Virus record (IMG/VR): IMGVR_UViG_3300032216_000524
Span: 1-64,000 of that record
Length of the DNA: 64,000 bases
Strand: one strand, 5' to 3'
DNA from: a virus
Taxonomy: Duplodnaviria; Caudoviricetes
Part shown: positions 8,985 through 17,292 of the stretch, one piece after another
Layout of the letters: every line of letters starts with the position of its first letter
Position numbering within the stretch: the first letter of the stretch is position 1
Made by a program: the position numbers and the translations under genes
Notes under the pieces: model-generated
What the model saw: only the letters and a program-made list of their open reading frames with translations
Databases searched by the model: none
What the model was told of the DNA's origin: nothing

Positions 8985-9069
8985 ATTATACACTATTTAT
9001 GAATTAAAGGCAAGCGATTCTTGCAACCTCCGAATCTCGGAGGGTTCTAATCCCCTACAGTCTGTAGGG
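8985..9069 (-). promoter_or_regulatory. early promoter cassette, copy 2, with two stem-loops
   Basis: TTGCCT-17 bp-TATAAT (9013-8985); hairpin CCTCCGA-atc-TCGGAGG; palindrome CCCTACA-gtc-TGTAGGG at 9053-9069. Confidence 0.8.
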
Positions 9070-10782
9070 TTATACTATAACTGAGAAATCATTGCGTTTT
9101 TCAAACTTGATCACGGATCTAAACTTATCAAACAACTGGTCTCCCTTGTGAGAAATAACGAATACATTTGCATGTTCTCCCAGCGTATTCATAAGATTCA
9201 AGAAATAATCTGTGCCGTTTACATCTAAAGACGAATCAAAAATCTCATCAAGCATTAGTAGGTTTGTATTGACAGAGTTCTTTAACTTGGCAATCTGACG
9301 CCAAGTAAAAAGGATAGCCAAGTCGATACGCATCTTTTCACCTTCAGAGAAACTAGCATAGGTAAACTCATCACGGAATCTTGACTTGATCGTTTCGTTG
9401 AACGACTCATCCAACTCAAAGTGGATATACGAATCCATCTGGTTTAAATACTGGTTGATCAATTTATTCATGACAGGAAGATACTCACGGATAATCGCAG
9501 TCTTAATACCAGTGTCCTTTAATAATGCGCCAGCAACATCATGTAGTTCTTTCTCAGTATCCAATTCACCTTTATGATTGATGTTGTTTAATGCTTCTTG
9601 AGCCAGTGACTTTAACTTTACTTTCTCTTCGTCGAGATTTGTTGTATCAGTTTTTGTGCCTTGGATTTCAACCTGCATTTCATTAATTTGTTTATTGAGT
9701 AAGGTGATCGTAGAGTTTCGTGAAGATAGTTCAATGTTTTTGTTGGTAATCTCTGATTGGATTTCAGTAATCTTAGATAGTTTCTCATTAAGATTGGTGA
9801 GGACTGTTTCGAGTTCACCGACTTTTCCATTTTGTTCCAACAGTTTATCATTAAGATCTTTGAGGATGCCCTCTTTGTATTCGTCTGCAATATCTTGCGA
9901 GCACGATGGACAAACAGCATGTTCACTAAAGAATTCTGTGTGGTGTTCACAAGTTTCGATTTTCTGAAGTAACTTGGATTTGATTGACTTTGCTTTCTCA
10001 ATGTCTTCAGATATCTTATCCTTATCCGAGATGCTTGCTTTAAGAGTACCGATCTCCGAAACGATAAGTTCGATCTCGCCCTCTGCCTGTAGAATTTCAG
10101 CATAGTTAGCAGAAATTTTTGCTGCGATACTTTCGATAGCACTCGTCTTTGCTTCAGTAATAGTCTTGATGATCGCTTGTTGGGCTTCGACTTTTTGTTT
10201 TGCCAAAGTAATGTCCGCTTCAACTCTGGCGATCTCATCTTTAGTGGCATTAGCCTTTTCCTTTAATAATGTATTCATTGTAGAGAAGATACGAATATCT
10301 AGAATGTCTTCAATAACTTCTCTTCTTTGCATAGAAGATAACTGCATAAAGGGGACAAAGGAAGCACTACCTAAGATAACAACTTGCGTGAATGTTTTAT
10401 AGTTTAGTCTTAGAATTTGTTGCTCAAGAATCTTTTGATAGTCTTTGACTGCAGCATCTTGATTAACCATCACACCATCAAGGTAGATCTCAAAGATGTT
10501 TGGTTTGATTCCACGAACAATTTTATATTCTTTTTGTCCGATACTGAATTCAATTTCAACCAACGAGTTTTTACCGTTGATGGAGTTGACCATTTGGTTC
10601 TTATTGATATTACGAAATGGTTTACCGAACAACCCGAAACATAAGGCATCTAGACAAGTAGATTTACCTTCACCATTCTTACCAATGATAAGCGTAGTAG
10701 TTGATTTGTTTAACAGTAAGGTATTCGGTTGGTTGCCAGTAGAGAGAAAATTCTTCCATGACAATTTTTTAAATACAATCAT
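9070..10782 (-). CDS. gp46: recombination endonuclease ATPase subunit (SbcC/Rad50-like)
   Basis: Walker A GKNGEGKST, CPSC zinc hook in a coiled coil, FSEGEKMRIDLA signature, LDEIFD, ISHK. Confidence 0.97.
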   Translation of the reverse strand: MIVFKKLSWKNFLSTGNQPNTLLLNKSTTTLIIGKNGEGKSTCLDALCFGLFGKPFRNINKNQMVNSINGKNSLVEIEFSIGQKEYKIVRGIKPNIFEIYLDGVMVNQDAAVKDYQKILEQQILRLNYKTFTQVVILGSASFVPFMQLSSMQRREVIEDILDIRIFSTMNTLLKEKANATKDEIARVEADITLAKQKVEAQQAIIKTITEAKTSAIESIAAKISANYAEILQAEGEIELIVSEIGTLKASISDKDKISEDIEKAKSIKSKLLQKIETCEHHTEFFSEHAVCPSCSQDIADEYKEGILKDLNDKLLEQNGKVGELETVLTNLNEKLSKITEIQSEITNKNIELSSRNSTITLLNKQINEMQVEIQGTKTDTTNLDEEKVKLKSLAQEALNNINHKGELDTEKELHDVAGALLKDTGIKTAIIREYLPVMNKLINQYLNQMDSYIHFELDESFNETIKSRFRDEFTYASFSEGEKMRIDLAILFTWRQIAKLKNSVNTNLLMLDEIFDSSLDVNGTDYFLNLMNTLGEHANVFVISHKGDQLFDKFRSVIKFEKRNDFSVIV

Positions 10783-11093
10783 TCACTCTTCCATTTCATA
10801 CCCATAGACTTATACATGAATCTCAGTATAAAATTGGGTTTCTTTTTAGAAATAACAGTAATAGGCATAGCATCTACATTAATAGTAAAAGATGGCGATC
10901 CAAGGTTATTGGAAATAGTAGTCCAAGTAGTACCAACATTACCAACCGACAATACCATACCACTAGTAACAGAATTTTTCCATCGTTCTTCTTGTAACTT
11001 TTTAGCATGTTCTTCACAAGGTTTGAAATCTAAATCAAGTGGAACCTGTTCCGTAAGTGGAAAAAAATATTGAATTTCAAGTTGCTGCATCAT
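10779..11093 (-). CDS. hypothetical protein between gp47 and gp46
   Basis: Overlaps both neighbours in coupled fashion; no recognised family. Confidence 0.6.
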   Translation of the reverse strand: MMQQLEIQYFFPLTEQVPLDLDFKPCEEHAKKLQEERWKNSVTSGMVLSVGNVGTTWTTISNNLGSPSFTINVDAMPITVISKKKPNFILRFMYKSMGMKWKSE

Positions 11094-12138
11094 CTAAGTT
11101 TATCGCTTCCGTATAAAGAGATTTCATAAAGGTCTTAACTTTTTCTTTGTCAGCGTCAGTGTTAATAGAATCGATATAGTTGGAGAGAACATTTAATGTG
11201 TCTTCTAAATTGATGTCAGTATCGATCTCACCTTCGGTATACTCAGAAAAGTCTTCAATAATTTTTACTTCATAAGGATTACTATTATATACCTTAGTGA
11301 TGAATTTATCAAACTTGTAAAGATCGTTTTTGTTTACAACGATTACCTTAACATATTTGTTTTTTAAATGTTCGTACTGCTCGAGGGACGGATCTGTGAG
11401 GGAGTCGTCGTACTCGACTCTTTCGAACATCGTATAAGGATTTCCGATGAACTCGAGTCGCCTTTCCTGTAAATCGAACAGGTGAAATCCTCTGGGATCG
11501 TTATAGTCTTGCCATGTAAGTTCGTATGGATTTCCCAAATAATAAATGTGACCATCGTCACTACGATGATGGTAGTGACCACTGAAAACCAAATCAAACC
11601 TTTTAAAAGTATCTTTAGAAAGACCTTCATGACTTTCCATTCCTCTATACATTGCGAATCCAGCAATTTCAAAATGCCCCATGCATATCTCAGCCTTGCT
11701 GGTGTTTATTGTTTGAATTGTTTCCTGAAAGTTATCAGGACAAATCCATGGCACGAAACAAATAGGAATGTCATGGACAAAAACATCTGCTGCTTTATGA
11801 ACCAAACTTATATTGGTATACTCTGCTAAAAGTAACTCTGGCGAATTTACTTCATTGGTATTCTTAAAATATGTATCGTGATTACCTGCAATCATCACTA
11901 CCTTGATATTTCGTTTTTCTAACTGATCGAAAAATATCTTTTTCGAACGATCGAGAGAATAGAAGTTTACATATTTGCGTCTATCAAAAGTATCACCAAG
12001 AACAAGAACAGTGTCTATGTCATTTGCATCAAGAGTAGGAAAGAAAGTGTTTGCATAGAATTGTTCGTAGAAGTCTAAAAATGCAACACTATCATTCCTA
12101 GCACCGAAATGCTGGTCTGTAATAATCGCTACTTTCAA
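11077..12138 (-). CDS. gp47: recombination endonuclease nuclease subunit (SbcD/Mre11-like)
   Basis: DQHFG, LGDTFD, GNHD, GHFE and SGHYH metallophosphoesterase motifs. Confidence 0.97.
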   Translation of the reverse strand: MKVAIITDQHFGARNDSVAFLDFYEQFYANTFFPTLDANDIDTVLVLGDTFDRRKYVNFYSLDRSKKIFFDQLEKRNIKVVMIAGNHDTYFKNTNEVNSPELLLAEYTNISLVHKAADVFVHDIPICFVPWICPDNFQETIQTINTSKAEICMGHFEIAGFAMYRGMESHEGLSKDTFKRFDLVFSGHYHHRSDDGHIYYLGNPYELTWQDYNDPRGFHLFDLQERRLEFIGNPYTMFERVEYDDSLTDPSLEQYEHLKNKYVKVIVVNKNDLYKFDKFITKVYNSNPYEVKIIEDFSEYTEGEIDTDINLEDTLNVLSNYIDSINTDADKEKVKTFMKSLYTEAINLDDAAT

Positions 12139-13301
12139 ATGAATCCAACCTTTCTTTCTTTAGGTTTATTTGTTTGCTGATTAAATACTTCAGCAATAGA
12201 GTAGGTGTCTTTGATTTCTGGTAGAGTTACTTTTAATTTATCAGCCAATGTTTTCGCATCATTGAAAGAAAGATTGTCGAAGGTAACAATGTCAAAACAT
12301 CTTCCTGGACGAGTCAATGCAGAATCAATATCACGAATACTTGGAAGATTGGTAGAGAAAATCATTTTCTTACCTTTGGTTGTAACCAAACCATCACCCA
12401 CATTCAAGAAACGATGCATCATTGTGTTGCCATCGCTACGAGGTTTCAAGAAAGCATCACTATCTTCAAGAATCATAATGTTGTCATCAGACTCGATAAA
12501 GCGAGCAAAGAAACCATCTTTATCAAGGATAGCTGAATCATAGGAAACAATCGCTGAAGAGTTTGTGTGTGCTAGTAGCCCACGAATGAAAGTAGTCTTA
12601 CCAGTTCCAGGTGGACCAATCAGCAAGAGAATGTTTGCTGACGATTGCATGTAACGATCATAATAATCTTCAAGAGTTTCATTTTTCAAAAAAGGGTACA
12701 TCTCATCGCAAGGTAAACGATCACGATTGAGCGGAACATTTACAGATTGTCCATCACCACCATATACCCATTCGATATGAGAAGTAACAACATCAAAGGT
12801 TGTTTCAACAATCTCAACATTATCTTCACAAAAATCAACATCACCAAAAGCACGAATGTTAGTTGTGTTACTGTTCACATCAAACTTAATAAGATTGTTT
12901 GATCCTGATTCAATAATGAAACCAGCAGAAGGAGAAGATTGAACGAACAGATATGTTGAAGATGGAAAAGCCAACTCTGCCCACTCTTGCCACTTTTCAC
13001 GATTACATAGTACCGATGTTTCACGAAACAATGTAGATTGATTTGCGTCAGAGCGACGCTTCATAATTTCAGATGTGATTAAATCATCTATATCTGAAAC
13101 ACCAAGGAAAATTTTATTATCTTCTTTCATAACTTCTTTCAAATTAAACATGTTATCCCAAGCATCCCAAGTATGTTTTCTCAGGAACTTCTTAATCTTT
13201 TTTCTGCGTCTTCCTATAGGTGGAAATCTACGATGTGACACAACAGTACTTTGCTTCAATTGTTTTAACCAATCATGAACTTCTCTATGAGATACAGACA
13301 T
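12135..13301 (-). CDS. classical-clade AAA ATPase (BCS1/FtsH-ATPase-like)
   Basis: Walker A GPPGTGKT, Walker B ILEDSD, second region of homology TNLPSIRDIDSALTRPGR. Confidence 0.85.
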   Translation of the reverse strand: MSVSHREVHDWLKQLKQSTVVSHRRFPPIGRRRKKIKKFLRKHTWDAWDNMFNLKEVMKEDNKIFLGVSDIDDLITSEIMKRRSDANQSTLFRETSVLCNREKWQEWAELAFPSSTYLFVQSSPSAGFIIESGSNNLIKFDVNSNTTNIRAFGDVDFCEDNVEIVETTFDVVTSHIEWVYGGDGQSVNVPLNRDRLPCDEMYPFLKNETLEDYYDRYMQSSANILLLIGPPGTGKTTFIRGLLAHTNSSAIVSYDSAILDKDGFFARFIESDDNIMILEDSDAFLKPRSDGNTMMHRFLNVGDGLVTTKGKKMIFSTNLPSIRDIDSALTRPGRCFDIVTFDNLSFNDAKTLADKLKVTLPEIKDTYSIAEVFNQQTNKPKERKVGFI

Positions 13302-13849
13302 TACTCACCTACAAAATCATCTAGGGTTTGTTGTTGTTTTTTCTTTTTCTTTTCTTTTTTACGCTCTATGAAATCATCAAAGTTATTGTTCTGTTGCATG
13401 TAGTCGATATAAGCATTTTGAAATTCACCAGTTTCATCTTGTTCCTGCAATTCAAACATTTCAAATGGCATGTCTTGAATCAATTTACCTTTGATGTATG
13501 TTTGTTTTTTTTCTTTGGCGATTCTACGCAGAAATGCGTAATAGATAATTTGCGTGAAGTATGCAAATGGATTACTGGATCGTTCAGGATCAAAGTTATC
13601 AATATATTGAAGACAGTTTTCAACACCATCTAAAATCATATCCTCACGGTAACTGTAATTAATAAAGTTGGCTTTGTAGGAAAGGTGTGTCCCAATTTTT
13701 AGTAGGCAGTCCCCAATGTAATGCGGTACTCTTGGCCAACCATTTTCTTTTTTTGATAACCCTGCTTCTTTTGCAGCGAGTACCAAAACTCGATACTCTT
13801 TCATTGCTGCCAAAAACTCAGCGTTGTTTATATAGTGTGCACCTGCCAT
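13301..13849 (-). CDS. gp55: late-transcription sigma factor
   Basis: HYINNAEFL, YIGDCLLKIGTHLSYKANFINYSYREDMILDGVENCLQY..NFDP.RS.NPFAYFTQIIYYAFLRRI.KEKKQ. Confidence 0.97.
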   Translation of the reverse strand: MAGAHYINNAEFLAAMKEYRVLVLAAKEAGLSKKENGWPRVPHYIGDCLLKIGTHLSYKANFINYSYREDMILDGVENCLQYIDNFDPERSSNPFAYFTQIIYYAFLRRIAKEKKQTYIKGKLIQDMPFEMFELQEQDETGEFQNAYIDYMQQNNNFDDFIERKKEKKKKKQQQTLDDFVGE

Positions 13850-13877
13850 AAAATACCTTTATCAATTAACTTCACTA

Positions 13878-13906
13878 AGTATACTTCACTAATCAGTATC
13901 CGACAA
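13878..13906 (-). promoter_or_regulatory. sigma70-type promoter upstream of gp55
   Basis: TTGTCG-17 bp-TATACT; a 10-bp direct repeat ACTTCACTAA flanks the -10 box. Confidence 0.65.
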
Positions 13907-13929
13907 CTTTATTTTCTTGGAAGATTTAG

Positions 13930-13958
13930 TTGTCTGCAATTTGCCGAAAGCGTATACT
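13930..13958 (+). promoter_or_regulatory. divergent sigma70-type promoter pointing antisense into the uvsW operon
   Basis: TTGTCT (13930-13935)-17 bp-TATACT (13953-13958) on the plus strand; no credible plus-strand gene follows. Confidence 0.45.
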
Positions 13959-13977
13959 CTCGATGTAGGGTTTGTAG

Positions 13978-14451
13978 TTAATGTATAGTTTCATTACCTT
14001 CAATAAAGACTTTGTCTTCTTTTCTCTCTTCTTCCTCTTCCCCTGCAATAGCCCTTAGATGATCTAAGACTTTATGAATGTCTTCCATACTGGAAACATC
14101 TGCAGCTTCTGGTGGAGGTTCATCGTCCCATTGTAACTGCGTTGGAGTATAGTTTAAAAGAACTCCTTCGTGATCACGAACTAAATGAATGTAGTGAGCA
14201 ATGGCTCTTTGTGCTAGTTGCGAATCAAAAACTACATGCTGTTTGTTTACATGCAGTATTGAATCTTCTGTAAATAAAGTATATGGTCCAGCTGTAACTT
14301 GTTCGGAAATACGACCATTGTGTGATCCAACAAGATGCGTTTTGACAAGCATTGGAAATTTTAATGTTATAAAGTTGGTGTCTTCAGATTCTTTAAGTGC
14401 CATCAATTGTTCACCAGTAACCAATTTAACATATACGAATTGTTCGTTCAT
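13978..14451 (-). CDS. hypothetical protein between uvsW and gp55, possibly Sm-like fold
   Basis: VYVKLVTGEQLMA..E N-terminus and beta-rich body; acidic C-terminus; fold is inference. Confidence 0.7.
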   Translation of the reverse strand: MNEQFVYVKLVTGEQLMALKESEDTNFITLKFPMLVKTHLVGSHNGRISEQVTAGPYTLFTEDSILHVNKQHVVFDSQLAQRAIAHYIHLVRDHEGVLLNYTPTQLQWDDEPPPEAADVSSMEDIHKVLDHLRAIAGEEEEERKEDKVFIEGNETIH

Positions 14452-15929
14452 AATTTTACCTCAACAATCTTGTAGTTAAATTTCTCTTCTGAGTAGGTTT
14501 TTAATCGTTCAGCAAAATGATGTAGCGTATGATTCTTCCAAGATTTCCAACTCAGGTCGTCTGCTAAGTCATATAGATTGCATTCAGTTTTACCATTCTT
14601 CAATCTCAATCCACGACCAATACTTTGCAGGTTACGAATCTTGGATTTACTTGGCGATGCAAAAACGACATTCTCGAGAGACGGTATGTTGATACCAGTG
14701 GAGAATGTACCAAAACTAGCAACAATAATAGCATCGCTTTCAGTTTCTGTAATTTTTCTAATTGCTTCTCGATCTTCAACTTCGGTTGCTCCAGAAACAA
14801 AGAACACCTTGCGTTTGTCGTGTGCTCTTTCACCAATCATTTTGTATAAACCTTTACCATGTTTATTTACAAACTGGAAAAGAACTAAGGTATTGCCTTC
14901 AGACTTCAAAGCAAGATTACAAATAAAGTTGTTTCGTTTTTCGTGCGAAACAATAAAGTCCATCTCGTCAGCGTATTGATTATTCTTTCGACCCTGACGA
15001 GTTATGTCGTCATACTTTAATAGTATGCATGTTATATTTAGTTTAGCCAGCGTTCCTGAGTCCATCAATTGTTTGGTTGTAGTAACCCTATGCGTTGGAC
15101 CAAAGATTCCCTCAAGAACTAACTTATGAATTTTCTTGTTATCAAGAGTTCCTGTAGTTCCGATACGATACTTAACATTGGATAGTTTACCCATGACAAG
15201 CGTAAGAGAGTTGGCTTTGAACTGATGGGCTTCATCTCCAAAGATAACATCAAACTGCGAGAACCACTGTTTGGGTTGTTTGTATACAGACTGCCATGTA
15301 GTAATTAAAACATCGGCAGAGATATCTTTAGTAAAACCGCTGTATAGTTTTTGAACATGTCTATTTACTTTCCAACCATTGCCAGAAGAATAATCTTCGA
15401 AGTCTGTATAGAGTTGTTCAACAAGAGATGTCGTTGGTACAATAATGATACACTTACGATTCTGTTCAAGATGCCAGCGCATTGTTGTATAAATGATAAA
15501 CGATTTACCTGATGCCGTTGGAGAAAGAAGAAGAACACGATTTTTATTCAATGCCTGCGTTACAGCTTCGACTTGATAATCTCTAATTTCGATTGGTTTA
15601 CCATGACCCATAGGATTGAGCCACTTGGCATATTCTTCTACCTGTTCAGTAGTAATATTGCTTGGGGGATTTATTGGAGTTGCAGTTTTGACATCATAGC
15701 CACGAGTTTCTGCAAAGTCGTAAACATACTGTAGCAAACCAACATAAAGAGTTTTACGAATGATGTCATACATTCGAACCTTACCATCCCAAAGTCTTGC
15801 CCTATATTGAGGGGTAAACCTTGCTCCTGGATATTCAAAGGTAAAAAAATCAGATAGTTCTTGTTCTACGGAAAGATCTGTAGAAAAGATTCTGAGATGT
15901 ACTTCATCAATTTGTTCAATTGTAATCAT
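14448..15929 (-). CDS. uvsW: SF2 DNA helicase UvsW
   Basis: RDYQ, SPTASGKS, GDEAH, GTTGT, FSTGINI, QSIGRGLR. Confidence 0.97.
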   Translation of the reverse strand: MITIEQIDEVHLRIFSTDLSVEQELSDFFTFEYPGARFTPQYRARLWDGKVRMYDIIRKTLYVGLLQYVYDFAETRGYDVKTATPINPPSNITTEQVEEYAKWLNPMGHGKPIEIRDYQVEAVTQALNKNRVLLLSPTASGKSFIIYTTMRWHLEQNRKCIIIVPTTSLVEQLYTDFEDYSSGNGWKVNRHVQKLYSGFTKDISADVLITTWQSVYKQPKQWFSQFDVIFGDEAHQFKANSLTLVMGKLSNVKYRIGTTGTLDNKKIHKLVLEGIFGPTHRVTTTKQLMDSGTLAKLNITCILLKYDDITRQGRKNNQYADEMDFIVSHEKRNNFICNLALKSEGNTLVLFQFVNKHGKGLYKMIGERAHDKRKVFFVSGATEVEDREAIRKITETESDAIIVASFGTFSTGINIPSLENVVFASPSKSKIRNLQSIGRGLRLKNGKTECNLYDLADDLSWKSWKNHTLHHFAERLKTYSEEKFNYKIVEVKL

Positions 15930-16363
15930 GCGCCACTAATAAACTTTTTCCATTCAATGGAATTGCGTATCTGCCAATCCCTTGCTTTGATTTGATTCAT
16001 AATAGATTCAAGGAACTCTACAATGTTTTGAATGTAGTTTGCTCTAATCTCTTGTTTATTTAGGGCATTGTCGCCAGACAGAAATTCATCCATCTCATTT
16101 TTGAGTGGTTTGATTCCTTGCCATTGTTCCCAACCTAGTTCGGTTAGTTCATCACGAGTTAGTTCGCCACGATAGTAACGAAACTTTTGCTGACGCAAAG
16201 TGTTGTAATCCGCTTTCATCTTAGCAAGTTGTAGCTTGTATCGGATGAGATGGTTTAAATATTTAGAATGGAGTTTTGCCGTGTTCACAGATTCTTGATC
16301 AAGATGGTTATCATCAATGATACAATCTTCACCCCACATAGTTTGCAATTCTTCTAAAGTCAT
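15926..16363 (-). CDS. uvsY: recombination mediator UvsY
   Basis: LHSKYL, KFRYYRG, EFLESIMNQIKARDWQIRNSIEW.KF motifs; adjacent to uvsW. Confidence 0.93.
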   Translation of the reverse strand: MTLEELQTMWGEDCIIDDNHLDQESVNTAKLHSKYLNHLIRYKLQLAKMKADYNTLRQQKFRYYRGELTRDELTELGWEQWQGIKPLKNEMDEFLSGDNALNKQEIRANYIQNIVEFLESIMNQIKARDWQIRNSIEWKKFISGA

Positions 16364-16387
16364 AATATCTCCAGTTGTATACCATTA

Positions 16388-16416
16388 AGTATACCTCAAA
16401 TCATAATTAAACGCAA
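16388..16416 (-). promoter_or_regulatory. sigma70-type early promoter upstream of uvsY
   Basis: TTGCGT-17 bp-TATACT; shares the extended TTGCnTTTAAT -35 with the promoters at 6751 and 9013. Confidence 0.7.
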
Positions 16417-16420
16417 CTAA

Positions 16421-16960
16421 TTATGCAGCGAATGTGTAGTACGAGAAACGGAAAGTTGCAGATCCAATAAGATAGTTTACATCTTGATTATTGGATTGGA
16501 AAGTTACAGTCTCTAACGCCACTGGGAATAGGTCGTTGAACTGTATAGTTTTTACTGGGGTATTTGTATTATTTAAAATTTGCAAAGTTGCAGTTGAATA
16601 ACTTTTTGCAAGTTCAGAAAGAACACCAATTTGGTTTGAACTAATAAAATCTACATACTGTGTATAGTTCTCAGGGAAACCCAACGCAACCAACCAGTTG
16701 TAGATTGCAATATAATTTTCCATATTCTCATCAATCATAAACTTTACCAGAAAAGTATCATATGTTAAATGATCACCTGGAAGTGGAATTGATCTAAATG
16801 GAGTAGCCAAAATAGGATCGCCAAGTGTCAGTCCTGGAATGCTTGCTTCCTGACAGAAGTATGTCAACTCAGGCAATTTGTCAATAGCAAATCTAAACCC
16901 ATTCGGTGAGAGTGGATTAATGTTTGATGGTACTGGGCAGGTAAGGATATTTGTGCTCAT
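16421..16960 (-). CDS. gp3: tail tube terminator / tail completion protein
   Basis: NPLSPNGFRF, YFCQ.ASIPG, F.V.F..DENMENY..IYNW, F.DLFP..L; follows gp23. Confidence 0.88.
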   Translation of the reverse strand: MSTNILTCPVPSNINPLSPNGFRFAIDKLPELTYFCQEASIPGLTLGDPILATPFRSIPLPGDHLTYDTFLVKFMIDENMENYIAIYNWLVALGFPENYTQYVDFISSNQIGVLSELAKSYSTATLQILNNTNTPVKTIQFNDLFPVALETVTFQSNNQDVNYLIGSATFRFSYYTFAA

Positions 16961-16962
16961 AG

Positions 16963-17193
16963 TTATTTGTTACATCCGCATCCACTAGGGCAATGTTTAA
17001 TTTCAAAATATTCAACCCAAACTCTTGAATGGGCGAACGACATCAAAAACCACATAAGGGTCATTTCATTTGTGTACGAACCACATATGACATTATTATT
17101 AAAAATACTAAAAACACCAAGTGCAAAAAACACTGGAGTCGGAAACAATAACAAACATTGTTTGATGTAGTGATATGTTAGTAATCTAGACAT
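16963..17193 (-). CDS. small membrane protein with Cys-rich C-terminus
   Basis: ORF track gives 17247, but that GTG/ATG lies upstream of the gp23 terminator; the ATG at 17193 follows a late promoter motif. Two hydrophobic segments, ends HCPSGCGCNK. Confidence 0.55.
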   Translation of the reverse strand: MSRLLTYHYIKQCLLLFPTPVFFALGVFSIFNNNVICGSYTNEMTLMWFLMSFAHSRVWVEYFEIKHCPSGCGCNK

Positions 17194-17198
17194 AATAT

Positions 17199-17205
17199 TA
17201 TTTAG
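17199..17205 (-). promoter_or_regulatory. late promoter motif CTAAATA
   Basis: Variant of the T4 gp55 promoter TATAAATA, just downstream of the gp23 terminator. Confidence 0.55.
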
Positions 17206-17208
17206 GAA

Positions 17209-17241
17209 TAAAAAAAGGGAGATCTCGAAAGACCTCCCTTT
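17209..17241 (-). terminator. rho-independent terminator after gp23
   Basis: GGGAGGTCT-TTCG-AGATCTCCC followed by a T run on the minus strand; an additional CGGCTT/AAGCCG hairpin at 17261-17283. Confidence 0.85.
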
Positions 17242-17292
17242 AAACACCGCTTCTTATTGTCGGCTTAATTCATAACCAAGCCGAAACTCGAA

